Of a stretch of DNA of 64,000 nucleotides, positions 53,441 through 64,000 are shown piece by piece (within the stretch, counting starts at the first letter, position 1; every line of letters starts with the position of its first letter). Below the pieces are notes generated by a model, which made no database searches, was not told where the DNA came from, and saw only the letters and a program-made list of their open reading frames with translations. The DNA is from Rhodospirillaceae bacterium (lineage in GTDB: Bacteria; Pseudomonadota; Alphaproteobacteria; UBA7985), in NCBI GenBank assembly GCA_038141425.1, contig JAYQIC010000007.1, forward strand, positions 75,554 through 139,553, read 5' to 3'. The position numbers and the translations under genes were made by a program.

Positions 53441-53868
53441 CTACTTCGCGTTCAGCTTGGAGAGACAGGCGATCAAGGTGATCAGCGGGATCAGCATGAA
53501 CAGGGCGGCGAAGATGTTGAATCCGTTGAAACCGTTGTACCCGAAGGTGCTGGCCATACCCCCGCAATGAACTGCGTGCCCATCATGGCGACGACTGCGA
53601 TGGCGCCGATGCGGGCCCGAGCCGGGTTTGCGGACAACAGGCCGATGAAAAAGATGATCGCGCCCATGCCGAGCATGTGGGCGAACCACACCACTTCGAC
53701 GACCGCCGCGATGTTCAGCTCACGCTCGGTCAGCTCGCCCGTCCAGAAGGTGCTGGCGGAGCTTACTGCCTGACCGCTAATCAGAGCGATCCCGGTGAAG
53801 ACAACCAGAAAGGCGCCCATGACCATGAGCCAGAGCCGTGTATTCAGAATTGTACCGAGAAGTTGCAT
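53441..53868 (-). CDS. Hypothetical membrane protein; frameshift near 53570
   Basis: Hydrophobic ORFs 53491-53904 and 53441-53689 are collinear. Confidence 0.35.
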
Positions 53869-54087
53869 CGGAGTTCCCCTTGAGTGATGCCAGAATGGTT
53901 GCATACGAATTCACTAATTTAGCAACGCTGTCTATTTAAATGGAACTAGAGAGACCCTTTTCTCACGAAAGGCGCCAGTCTATCGGCGGATCTTTCGTTG
54001 TCGGCGTCGGATTTTAGTGCACTTTGTTCCGGGAGCTTTGCCACCGAGCCGCTCGGTCTGGCCGACCAACAGGATTGGATTTTTTCT

Positions 54088-55221
54088 ATGCGTTCTTCAC
54101 AGCTGTTCTCGCCGATCACCCTGGGCGGGATCGAACTGAGCAACCGGATCGTGGTGGCACCCATGTGCCAGTACAGTGCCGACGACGGCAGCGCCACCGA
54201 CTGGCATCTCATGCACCTGGGTCAGTTTGCGGTCAGCGGCGTGGGCCTGATCTTCGTGGAAGCCACCGGCGTCAGCCCGGAAGCGCGGATTTCTCCCGGC
54301 TGTCTGGGGCTGTGGTCCGATGAGAATCAGGAGGCATTGGCTCGTGTGGTCGGGTTCTGCCGCGACTACGGTAACGCCACGATGGGCATTCAGCTGGCCC
54401 ACGCCGGGCGCAAGGCCTCGACCGATCTGCCCTGGTACGGCGGCGCGCCAATCCCTGCGGCTGACCCTCGGGGCTGGCAAACGGTTGCCCCGTCCTCGAC
54501 GCCCTACAACGATGCCTTTGAAACACCGACTGCGCTGGACGATGAGGGGCTGGCGAAGATCGTCGATGACTTTGTTGCCGCAGCCCGGCGGGCCGACGAA
54601 ATCGGCTTTGACGTGGTCGAAGTGCACATGGCCCACGGCTACCTGATGCACCAGTTCCTGTCGCCGTTGAGCAACCAGCGCAACGACGCTTACGGCGGTG
54701 CGCTGGAAGGGCGGATGCGGTTCCCGCTGGAGGTTTTCGCCGCCGTTCGTGCGGTCTGGCCCAAGACCAAGGCGCTGGGCGTCCGGATCTCCGCCACCGA
54801 CTGGGTCGAGGGCTCAAGCTGGACGGTCGAGGAAGCCAGCCGATTTACCGCTGCGCTCTATGCCGCCGGCGCTGACTTCATCGACGTTTCCAGCGGTGGC
54901 AACTCACCGGCGCAGCAGATCGAAGCCGGTCCGGGCTATCAGACCGGCTTTGCCGCAACCATAAGGCGCGAGGTCGGCATTCCGACCATGGCGGTTGGGC
55001 AGATCACGGAGCCACGGCAGGCCGAAGCCATCCTGCGCTCCGGTCAGGCGGATATGGTGGCGCTGGCGCGCGGTATGCTGATTAACCCGCGTTGGGCCTG
55101 GCATGCCGCAGAAGCGCTGGATGCCGAGGCGACCTTTGCCCCGCAATACATGCGTTCGAGCCGGGCGCTCCGCGGTGAACCAGTGCCGGGGAACCCGCCG
55201 GTGAAGGCGCGCAAGGACTGA
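54088..55221 (+). CDS. NADH:flavin oxidoreductase / Old Yellow Enzyme family (NemA-like)
   Basis: SPITLGGIELSNRIVVAPMCQYSA...HLMHLGQFAVSGVGLIFVEAT...IQLAHAGRKAS OYE motifs. Confidence 0.85.
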   Translation: MRSSQLFSPITLGGIELSNRIVVAPMCQYSADDGSATDWHLMHLGQFAVSGVGLIFVEATGVSPEARISPGCLGLWSDENQEALARVVGFCRDYGNATMGIQLAHAGRKASTDLPWYGGAPIPAADPRGWQTVAPSSTPYNDAFETPTALDDEGLAKIVDDFVAAARRADEIGFDVVEVHMAHGYLMHQFLSPLSNQRNDAYGGALEGRMRFPLEVFAAVRAVWPKTKALGVRISATDWVEGSSWTVEEASRFTAALYAAGADFIDVSSGGNSPAQQIEAGPGYQTGFAATIRREVGIPTMAVGQITEPRQAEAILRSGQADMVALARGMLINPRWAWHAAEALDAEATFAPQYMRSSRALRGEPVPGNPPVKARKD

Positions 55222-55228
55222 CGCGCTA

Positions 55229-55644
55229 CTAGTCGTCGCGGCCGGGCTCGTCTGGATTGCTGGAAAACAGTGCGATTTTGTTTCCTTGCGGGTCGCGCAG
55301 ATAGCCGACGTAGAACCGCGGGCCGTAGGCTGCCCGGAACCCCGGCGCGCCCTCATCAGTGCCGCCCGCGGCCAGTGCGGCGGCGTGCAGCGCCCTGACC
55401 TGCGCCTGATTGCTGGCTTCGAAGGCCACCATGCTGCCGTTACCCGCCGACGCCGGCCGGCCGTCGAAGGGTGGTTTGACGTAGAATTCGGGCAGGGCAG
55501 GGCAGTCGGGAGATGTTTGGATCAGGGCGAAGCTGAGCCCCTCCTCACTCTCTTCAAGGCCGTAGCCCAGGGCGGGCAGGAAGCGGCATAGAAACGCTTG
55601 GCGCGGGCGATGTCGGACGCGCCGACAGACAGGTAAGCGACCAT
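55229..55644 (-). CDS. VOC (glyoxalase/bleomycin-resistance) family protein; frameshift near 55580
   Basis: MVAYLSVGASDIARAKRFY... N-terminus recovered from the adjacent frame; C-terminus GPRFYVGYLRDPQGNKIALF. Confidence 0.55.
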
Positions 55645-55654
55645 CTGGATTTCT

Positions 55655-57056
55655 CTATTGGATGCTGTCGACGATCATATTGGCCATCTGGCGCAGTGGC
55701 TCGACATTGTAGGTGAAAGCGGGCGACGTGTTTACCTCGTTGATGACGAAATCCGGATCCTCCACCAGGAGATCTTCAGAGATAAAATCGATGCTTCCCT
55801 CTTGTATGTCGAAAATCTTCATAATCTTTTGAACAACCTGACGAACCTGCTCAGGCAAATCATCTTCGGTGAAGTAATAGTTCGTATGGCCAAAGGTCCC
55901 ATTTTGCTGATGTATGAAAAACACCTGATCTTTTTCGAGGACTGAGTCATACGTGAGTCCGGCCCGCTCCAGATTTGCATTGAAAACTGGCGATCGCATC
56001 ATGTTTTTGAAAATGGGCCTCGGTTTGGTGAAGTTCTCACCCGGCTCGGTATCCTCGCAAAATGTTTTCAGCAATGAGCGGATGTTGCTCGAACCATCGC
56101 CAAACAGTCTGGGTCGGTACTTCTGATGAATGAAAATGATTTCACCATCAAACAGGCAAACTCGATAGCTTTCGCCAAAAAAAATGCTTTTCAACAATGA
56201 AATCGTATTCGTTTAAATTGATTCGGTCCAAAATTGATCGTAAATAAGACTCGTCCATAATATTTGCATAGATAGCAATATTACCATTAGTATTATTTGG
56301 CTTCAGGACAATTGGGTATGAATTTTCAGCTGCAAAATCCAGAATATCTTGCGGGCTGTATACAAACTGAGGGTCAGTGGTTGGAATGTTAGCGTCCCTG
56401 AGGATGTCACACGTCAGCTTTTTGCTCATCAGCAGCTTGACCGTCAGTTCACCGGTCGTTTCCGATAGACTGCCCCGGAACAACCGAAATTTTTCACCCT
56501 TGCCGACCATGAACGTACCGCTCTTGTCCACCTCCGTGACGGGCGCATCTCGATCGTGGATGAACCTGAGGATGATACGCTGGTTCAGGCCTTTCAGGCC
56601 GTGTTGTTTGAGGGCTTCCTGAAACTGGCCAACCTGTTCGAGGAAACGGGCTTGATCGAACTGTTTCGTGGGGGCGAGGAGCCCGTCTTCGAGCAAGTGC
56701 TTAAAGAGCCGCGCCGGGAGCCATCGGGGACCAACCCGCGTGGGTAGGTAGTATTGCCCATTGAGGTCGCTGCCGCGTTCCGGCTGAAAGACACCAACCT
56801 GAAACACGGGCCACTTGGCGGCGAGGCATGCGCGGTAGACCCACCCCAGCACCTGTCGGGCGCGTCCATCCAGCGGGCTCGTCTGTGGCGTCTCGAATTC
56901 AGGCTCTTCCCATGCGCCAAGGGCCCGGTCGAGAGCCTTGACCGCGTCTTTGTTAAAGGCAGCGGAGGTTGCGCCCTCGACGATGAAGCCGACGGCTGCG
57001 CCTTTGAGGCCATTCTCTGGTTCGGCTACGTAGCTAAGCTTTGATACCAATGTCAC
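55655..57056 (-). CDS. ATP-grasp ligase (cyanophycin-synthetase/RimK-like ATP-grasp domain) with an unrelated N-terminal domain; frameshift near 56150-56200. The ATP-grasp half is in AT-rich DNA.
   Basis: C-terminal blocks ...YPIVLKPNNTNGNIAIYANI..., GDGSSNIRSLLKTF, DSVLEKDQVFFIHQQNGTFG, SIDFISEDLLVEDPDFVINEVNTSPAF match the ATP-grasp B and C subdomains. Pieces in ORFs 56148-57056 and 55655-56197. Confidence 0.6.
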
Positions 57057-57322
57057 GCTGGGCTCGCCTTTTCAGGTTTCCGGGATCAGGCATCCTAAAA
57101 AGGTGCGCTGTCTTAGATCGTGAGGAAATCCATGCGTCTGTAAAGGGCCAGCATGTTGAGGCGAGGTGAAACACCCTAAAAATGCAGTGGTTTTATATCG
57201 GTGAGCCTGCACGGATGACTTGGGTGCAAAACGACCCGATCAGCAGTTCAGGGCACTCTATCCGCTGCGGGCAGCAGTGAGGGCCGTCGCATTCGATGGC
57301 CCTCGCTGGTCTGTCTCAGATT

Positions 57323-57949
57323 TCAGAACTGGAACACTGCAACCTGAACGTCGACGCAGGGCGGGTTCGGGAAGTCTGCCTCGCAGCCCCCGTTCATCGT
57401 GTTCAGCATATCGTTGAGGATGGCCGGATCAGCCGGTCCGTGATCGCGAACCACGAGGTGGATCTCTGCCGTGCCGGGCAGGACGATGCCGGGGCCGCCC
57501 ATGGCTTCGGAAACGTCACCGATCGGTAGGTGGGCATTAAAGACGATGTTGCCGGACTGGTCGGCGACCATCCCATCGGCCCGAAGGACGGAAATACCGA
57601 CGGCTTCCCACTGCGGCAGGTTCACGGGCGGCAGGCCGTCGTCAGTGATGATCACTGCGCCGTCAGCGTCGGTCAGCAGCACGTCATCGGTGCCGCACGC
57701 ACCGTCGGTGCAGTTTTCCGGATAGTTATAGACGGTCCACCACAGGGTATAGGCGTTGTTCGGAACCAGGTCGGTTGTCGAGACCCGTGTCGCGAGGCCG
57801 TAATCCATCCGATCGAGGCTGGCTTCAGAATTGGCGACGGCACCGAAGTCGGGCAACGAAATCATTGTGGTGTTCTGTGTTTCGGCCTGAGCGATCGTGC
57901 CGAAGGCGAAGAGGACGAGGGTTGATAGCAAGGCGATGGCGGTCTTCAT
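57323..57949 (-). CDS. Secreted hypothetical protein (signal peptide, about 190 aa mature, 6 Cys)
   Basis: MKTAIALLSTLVLFAFGTIAQA signal peptide; no recognised domain; lies in a lower-GC region next to tRNA-Trp. Confidence 0.4.
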   Translation of the reverse strand: MKTAIALLSTLVLFAFGTIAQAETQNTTMISLPDFGAVANSEASLDRMDYGLATRVSTTDLVPNNAYTLWWTVYNYPENCTDGACGTDDVLLTDADGAVIITDDGLPPVNLPQWEAVGISVLRADGMVADQSGNIVFNAHLPIGDVSEAMGGPGIVLPGTAEIHLVVRDHGPADPAILNDMLNTMNGGCEADFPNPPCVDVQVAVFQF

Positions 57950-58321
57950 GGTCAGGATCCTTAACTCGGTAAAAAAGTTCAAACACACTAAAACTGTCAA
58001 TATTTCTTTCAGATACGGGCTGTGTCAATCGGTAACCAATGGTGTTGAAGGTGGCGAGCCGCCCCAAAGCCCCGAATACCGGGGGCAAAGCACGGCACTC
58101 AAATTAGTGGAATTCCATTCACAAACCGTGCCGTCCGCTAGGCTATACCTCCCTAGATCCGTGGAGGAAGCTGCAACGGCTCGTAACCTCTGCTCGCGCC
58201 TTTGGCCCTTGCCGCTAAGCTATTTTACTGCCGGTGCCTTCAGCGGCGTCTGGATGCGGCTACTTTAACCAGAAAATGGGTTTTGTCAGGACCGGTAACC
58301 GGGGAAGGGGGAGAGGGATGA

Positions 58322-58394
58322 TGGACCATACAGGATTCGAACCTGTGGCCTTCCGATTGGAATCGGACGCTCTATCCTGCTGAGCTAATGGCCC
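58322..58394 (-). tRNA. tRNA-Trp (anticodon CCA) with an apparent 6-nt anticodon loop (TTCCAA; expected TTCCAAA). No encoded CCA.
   Basis: Reverse complement GGGCCATTAGCTCAGCAGGATAGAGCGTCCGATTCCAATCGGAAGGCCACAGGTTCGAATCCTGTATGGTCCA folds as a cloverleaf with 7/4/5/5-bp stems and a GGTTCGAATCC T-arm. Confidence 0.8.
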
Positions 58395-58490
58395 TTCGTG
58401 GGTCCGCAGACCGAGGCGCATCATAGTCGGTAAATCGGTGCCGTCCACGATGGCATTTCACAAAGTCTTTCCTCGGCAAACCCACCTTGA

Positions 58491-59443
58491 CTACCAGGCC
58501 TTTGCAGCCTCCACCGCTGCAGTCAGGGCTTCAATAATCGCGGGTTCGGCCGCGGAATGCCCCGCCTGCTGCACCACCTGCAGGTCGAGCTGCGGCCAAC
58601 GCTGCTGCAGTTCATAGGCGCCAGAGAGCGGACAGATCATGTCGAACCGACCGTGGACCAGCACGCCCGGAAAATCGAAACCACCCTCGGGAACGCAGGA
58701 CAGCGCACCGTGCTCGGGGTCGTCGAAAAAGCAGTCGTGGGCCAGGTAGTGTGCCTCACAGCGGGCCATGCGCCACGCCGCTTCCGAGGCGCCGAAAGAC
58801 CCGCCCCCGGCCAACGAGGAACAGGCGGACTCATAGCGGGTCCAGGCTTCCCCGCCGATAGCCGCACCCGACGGTCACGGTCGTCCAGCCGTTCGCGGTA
58901 GCCCGCAAGCGGGTCCCCGCGCCGATCCTCGGGCAGGGCCTCCAGCCATCGGCGGTGGGCGTCGGGGTAGAACCGGCTCAGCCCGTCGAGGAACCATTCG
59001 CGGTCTGCCCGCCGACCGAGGAACAACCCGCGCAGGACGAGCCCGCGCACGGTGTCGGGGTGCTGCCCCGCATAGGCCAGTGCCAGCGTCGCGCCCCAGG
59101 AGCCACCAAACACCAACCACTGGGCGACGCCGAGATGGCGCCGCAGCGCATCGGAATCCGCGACGAGGTGCCAGGTGGTGTTGGCTCGCAGGCCGCCACC
59201 GGGGGTCGAGCGCCCTGCGCCGCGCTGGTCAAACTGGATCACGCGATAGTGGCTGAGGTCGAAGAAGCGCCGGGTCCAGGCGTTGGCGCCGGCCCCGGGG
59301 CCCCCGTGCAGGCAGACCACAGGCACGCCCTCGGGGTTGCCCGCCTGTTCGTAGTACAGGCTGTGCCCATCCGAGACCGGGAGATAACCGCGGTCGTAGG
59401 CCTGTTCGCCCTGTCCCCGCTTTGAGTGTTCGACCTTATCCAT
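58491..59443 (-). CDS. pip: Prolyl aminopeptidase (proline iminopeptidase); frameshift near 58815-58880
   Basis: N-terminus MDKVEHSKRGQGEQAYDRGYLPVSDGHSLYYEQAGNPEGVPVVCLHGGPGAG, GGSWGATLAL nucleophile, C-terminus HGRFDMICPL...AGHSAAEP in ORF 58491-58814. Confidence 0.8.
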
Positions 59444-59494
59444 GCTGCACCCTATATCTGTTCCATACAGCAAGTTCTCAAGGTGAAAGCGACC

Positions 59495-60849
59495 ATGACC
59501 CAGGCAAATCCCGCACCCGCCCTCGACCTCGAAGACCGGGTTGGGGCCCTGATCGACCGCGCGCGCGCTGCCGGCGCCGATGCTGCAGACGCTTCGGTGT
59601 TCGGCAGTGACCAGATTTCGGTGGGCCGCCGGATGGGGCAGATCGAGACGCTCGAGCGGGCGGACAGTGCCGGGGTCGACCTGCGTGTGTTCGTCGACGG
59701 CCAGATCGCGCAGGTAAGCGGCAGTGATCTGTCCGACCAGGGCCTGATACGCCTTGCCGAGCGAGCTGTGGGCATGGCCCGCCACAGCCCCGCAGATCCC
59801 TTCGCCAAGCTCGCTGAGCCGGGGCAGGTGGCGACCGAGTGGCCGACGTTGGAAACCGCAGACCCGGTCGAACCGTCCACCGACGGCCTGCTGGCTATGG
59901 CTGAGGCTATGGAAGACGCCATGCTGTCGGTCGAGGGCGTGACCAACTCCGGCGGGGTTTCGGCTGGCTGGACCAAATCTTCGCTTGTTATGGCAACGAC
60001 CAACGGATTCGTCGGATCGGTGCAGGCGACTCGTTTCGGGATATCCGGCAGCGCCATCGCCGGCAGCGGTGAGGCGCAGAAGCGCGACTTCGACTACGAC
60101 CTCGCCGTCTTCGCCGAAGACCTCGGCGATCCGGCTGCCGTGGGGCGGGAGGCCGGACAACGGGCGGTCAGTCAGCTCGGGGCACGCCCGGGTGCGACGG
60201 CCAAAGTGCCGGTGATTTTCGAGCCCCGGGTTGCTGTGCGCATGCTCGGGCTGCTGACCGGTGCGATCAACGGCGAGTCCGTGGTGCGCGGCACCAGTCT
60301 GCTCGCTGATCACGTCGGCGAGCTGGTGATTTCGCCCGACCTCTCGGTGCACGAAGACCCGTTCAAGGCGCGTGGGCAGGGCAGCCGCCCGTTCGATGGT
60401 GAGGGCCTGCCGGTCCAGCCGCGCGCGATTTTCGAAAACGGTGTGCTCCAGACCCATCTGCACAATCTTGCGACCGCCGCGCAGGCCGGTGTCGAGCCCA
60501 CAGGCCACGCCAGCCGTGCCGGGGCGTCAATCGGGGTCGGCCACGCCAATCTGTGGCTCAGCCCGGGATCGGTGTCGGTCGAGGATATGCTGGCAGCAGC
60601 GGGTGAGGCCTTCTACGTCACCTCGCTGATGGGGCAGGGCGCGAATATGATCACCGGAGACTACAGCCAGGGCGCGACCGGCTTCTGGGTCCGCGATGGC
60701 CAGCTTGCTGAACCGGTGGAGAGCATGACGCTGGGGGCCGGCTGCAGGATATGTGGCGTTCGATGTCGGCGGCTGATGATCTGACTTTCTTTGGTGGCAT
60801 GGGCACGCCGACGGTGCAGATGGATGGTCTGACCGTGGCCGGCGCCTGA
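59495..60849 (+). CDS. pmbA: TldD/PmbA family metalloprotease (PmbA/TldE-like); frameshift at a GGGGG run near 60745
   Basis: PmbA_TldD domain; corrected C-terminus LQDMWRSMSAADDLTFFGGMGTPTVQMDGLTVAGA is canonical. Confidence 0.8.
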
Positions 60850-60910
60850 GGCTGCGCATGCCGGGCGGCGTGATGGAGGATCAGGCCGTGAGGCGCGCAG
60901 TGGGGTCCGC

Positions 60911-62198
60911 TTGCTGACCCTGCTGTCCATGCTGTCTGTTTTGTTGGCGCCGCTGCTGGTGCTGGGACTGCGCTTGCGTGGGGAACCGGCTGCGCGGACT
61001 GATGAACGGCTCGCCCGGCGCTCTCCGGCAAAGATGGAGCGAGCGAAGAACACCAAAGCGACCGATGCCCGCGAAGTGCTGTGGTTCCATGGGGCATCTG
61101 TTGGTGAAGTCCGGGCGCTGCTGCCGCTTGTTCTTCACTATGCAGACCGGTTTCAAGCTGGAGCAGGCGTCCTGCTAACGGTGCAGAGCGCACAGGGTTA
61201 CGCGGTCGCAGCGCAGGCGCTCGAGGCTTGCCCGCAGGCGGCAGTCGCCATGGCGCCCATGGATCATCCCGGGGTTATGACGCGGTTCTGTCGGCTTTAT
61301 CGGCTGCGCGGGCTGGTGCTCTACGAGAATGAAATCTGGCCCTGCTGGCTGGCCGCAACGCGGATGAGGGGCGTTCCAGTGGTCCTGCTCGATGCCTCGT
61401 TGTCGGCGCCCAGCCTGGGGTTCTGGCGGCGTTGGCCGGGGCTCGCGGCGTCGGTCGGGGCAGCGCTGTCGCGGGTGACAGCTGCGGACGCCGGGCAGAC
61501 ATCGGCCCTGCAAGCGCTGGGCTGGGGGCCGGTGCGGAAGGCGTTGCCGCTGAAGCTGGTTGGCTCGGCGCTGCCGGTTGATCCGGCGGAACTGGCGCGC
61601 TGGCAGCGCTGGCGCCGGAAGGATGCGCCACTGCTGGTCTTTGCCAACGTCCACCCTGGTGAAATCCGGGCCGTGGCGGACATGATCGCGGCCTGGATGG
61701 TGCGGGGGCGGGGGGCGGACAAGGCAGGGCCACCGCGTAAAGACGGGGATCGGGCTGAGGTGCAGATCATTGTCGCACCCCGACATCCGGAGAAGCTGGC
61801 GCATTTCGAGCAGGTCCTCGGTGACGAAGGGCCCGGGTTGGCATACTGGACCGGATTTGGGACGCTGGGTACGCTCTACGCGCTGGGCGGAACGGTGGTG
61901 GTCGGCGGCGGTTTCGACCCGCGGGTCGGCTCGCACAACCCGATGGAAGCGCTCCGGGCGGGCTGTCGTCACCGTTTGCGGGCCGCACGCCGGAAAGCAG
62001 GCGACGTTGATAGCGTTGCTTGAAGCCGAAGGGCTGCTTGCGCGCTGGTCCGATCTGGTTTCGCCAGAGGGCCGGAGCAACGGCTCTGGTACGGCTGATG
62101 CCGGGTCGGAAACGCTCGACGCTCTGTCGAGAAAGGCGGAAGCAACAGCGCTTGCAGCGATCGAGGAGGCTGTTTTCGGGACGAAACCCGATGCCTGA
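60911..62198 (+). CDS. waaA: 3-deoxy-D-manno-octulosonic acid (Kdo) transferase; frameshift near 61960
   Basis: LWFHGASVGEVRALLPL motif; C-terminal continuation in ORF 61770-62198 (VVTVCGPHAGKQATLIALLEAEGLL). Confidence 0.8.
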
Positions 62199-62199
62199 G

Positions 62200-62700
62200 A
62201 TTTGAGACCGGAACGCCGCGTGGCTGGTCTTTTTGACGTTTATCGCTCAACAGGGCGGAGTTTATCCGGAGCCTGTCGAAGGACCGTTGAGCACCTTTCT
62301 CTCTTTACGCTCAACACGGCTGCGTGATCGACCCGACCTTGTCTCGACCGCTTCGCGGTCTTCGCCAAGGCGTCGCGCATTTAACTTTTGCGCTCAAAAC
62401 GCTACGCTGTGAGCGCGTTGGAGATCATTGATGGAACGACGCTCAAAGTGCCGCATGTTGAGTGTCAGAGGAAAGAAGTTGCGCCGACTTGTCCCCGACC
62501 GCGCTTCGCGCGGCGGGGCCAAGCGTCGCGCAACTCCATAGAAAAATGACGTCAGGCCGGGCGAAGCGCGGCCTGTCCGTTTGACTGCGCGGGGAGATTT
62601 GTAAGCCGCGAAGCGGCGTCGAATCGAGCCCGCCACCCTACGGTGTTTGTTAAAAGTGATCGATCTGGGAGCGAGCAAGCCCGGAGAACCCACCGCTGTC
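62200..62700. repeat. Intergenic repeat region C: inverted copy of the about 160-bp composite element from region B, plus the 47-nt block shared with region A
   Basis: 62333-62379 identical to 32414-32460; 62478-62636 is the reverse-complement homolog of 35449-35598; several CGCTCAAA-N11-TTGAG palindromes. Confidence 0.6.
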
Positions 62701-64000
62701 TCAGAGTAGTGAGCCCTGATCTTCGTCCACCTCGCGAGGGGGTCGCTTTGACCGACCTGCAGTCCCGGTAGACGATGTCGTCGTCTTGGGTGGTTTTACC
62801 CCCCTCGACGCCTCTGTTTCGCCGGCAATCACGTCAATCGGGCCATCGATGAAGTGCAGCCGCAGCCGGTCACCGTCTGCAACGCCTCCGGCACGTGGCA
62901 CGACCGCTCCATCCTCGGCGCTGACCCAGACGTAGCCCTGTTCCAGAAGCCGGTCCCGGCTCGTTGCAAAGGAGTCCAGCAACCGCTGAACGTTACTGAG
63001 CGCCTGCTGGTGCTGGTCCAGGCGCCGCGCGGTTGCCTGCTGCATGCGGTCACCAAAGCGCTGAGCAGCGAACGTCCCCGCGCGCGAGCGTGCGGCCTGC
63101 CCCGCCGCGGACCCAAGCCGATCGCTCAGGCTGCGCGCCTGTTCGCCCATGCGCTGCAGTCGTTCCCGTGGGTGACGCACTTTGGCAGCGACAGTGTCGA
63201 GCTGGCTCTTCTGCCCCGGATTGCCGCCTGCAGTCCCCGGTCGAGCCGCTGTTCGAGCACGTCGAGGGCCTGTCGACGCTCCTGCAGCACCCGGTTGGGA
63301 TCGACCAGCCCGCGCGCCAGCCCGGCCAGCTCGGTCCTCGCCTGCTGTGCCTTGCGCTGCAGCCCACGGCCGATGCGCGCACCAAATTCCTCCACCCCGA
63401 GCAGCAGGTCAGCCCGCACCGGGACCGCCATTTCTGCAGCCCCGGTGGGCGTCGGCGCGCGGCGGTCGGCGACAAAGTCGATCAGTGTCGTGTCGGTCTC
63501 GTGTCCGACGGCTGAAATCACCGGGATACGGCTGGCTGCCACCGCCCGCACCACGGCCTCTTCGTTAAAGCCCCACAGGTCTTCCAGCGAACCCCCGCCC
63601 CGGCCCACGATCAGAACGTCCGGCCGCGGCACGTCGCCTCCGGGTTCAATGGCGTTGAAACCCGCAATCGCGGCCGCAACGTCCGGCGCTGCCCGCTCCC
63701 CCTGCACCGAGACCGGCCACAGGAGTACGTGCCGGGGAAAGCGGTCCGCAACCCGGTGCAGAATATCGCGGATCACCGCGCCGGTGGGTGAGGTCACCAC
63801 CCCGATCACCTGCGGCAGAAACGGCAGGGGCTGCTTTCGTCCAGCCTCGAAAAGGCCCTCGGCCATCAGCCGCTTACGCCGGTCCTCGAGCAGCTTCAGC
63901 AGCGCGCCTTCGCCCGCCAGCTCCATCTGCTCGATCACCACCTGATACTTCGATCCGCCGGGGAAGGTGGTCAGCTTGCCGGTGACAATGACCTCCATGC
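62701..64000 (-). CDS. xseA: Exodeoxyribonuclease VII large subunit, 5' end outside the window; frameshift near 63150-63180
   Basis: ORF 63126-63998 ([25 protein letters not shown]...[58 protein letters not shown]) and ORF 62701-63180 are collinear with XseA. Confidence 0.8.

Noticed and set aside
55650-58394. Mobile-element boundaries (integrase or direct repeat) for the tRNA-Trp-associated low-GC islet
   Set aside because: No integrase, recombinase or transposase ORF, and I could not find a convincing direct repeat of the tRNA 3' end by eye. It is reported as a compositional islet only.
58637-60508. 623-aa ORF on the minus strand
   Set aside because: Only its segment 58860-59443 corresponds to real coding (proline iminopeptidase N-terminus). 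The rest is antisense to the well-supported pmbA gene.

Overview
High-GC (~64-66%) chromosomal segment of an alphaproteobacterium. Family-level evidence: gapR/DUF2312, a DUF2849-cysI-DUF934 sulfite-reductase cluster, sdhCDAB, ettA, and msrP. The window is almost entirely housekeeping and catabolic genes. In order: ileS-lspA, two M16 peptidases, a DUF1244-gapR pair, hemA (ALA synthase), folD, msrP, a betB-like aldehyde dehydrogenase, an unusual L27-HhH fusion, a serralysin/RTX-like metalloprotease, dusA, a MATE efflux pump, tRNA-Val, an 8-oxoguanine-deaminase-like amidohydrolase, a livGFHM plus binding-protein ABC system, a dimethylglycine-dehydrogenase-like gene, a fasciclin protein, ettA, an MFS/GPH symporter, pdxY, sdhCDAB, fpr, a sulfite-reductase cluster, HU, an Old-Yellow-Enzyme reductase, a low-GC islet at tRNA-Trp carrying an ATP-grasp ligase, pip, pmbA, waaA, and the 3' part of xseA. 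I found no transposase, integrase, CRISPR array or recognisable defence system. The features most worth a second look are: (1) a family of structured, hairpin-rich intergenic repeat modules at three loci, two of which flank the DMGDH-like gene in inverted orientation; (2) a stand-alone rpmA (L27) fused to an Ala/Lys/Pro-rich linker and a C-terminal helix-hairpin-helix domain; (3) an AT-rich islet 3' of tRNA-Trp carrying a compositionally chimeric ATP-grasp ligase and a secreted Cys-containing protein; (4) a sulfite-reductase cluster with a DUF934-rhodanese fusion and an FNR gene where cysH would be expected. A pervasive data-quality signal: more than 25 genes, including essential ileS and sdhA, are broken by single-nucleotide frameshifts. 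Several can be traced to homopolymer miscalls, and the tRNA-Trp has a 6-nt anticodon loop (AA instead of AAA). This points to indel-prone sequencing rather than pseudogenisation, so frame-dependent calls (fusions, truncations) should be treated cautiously.
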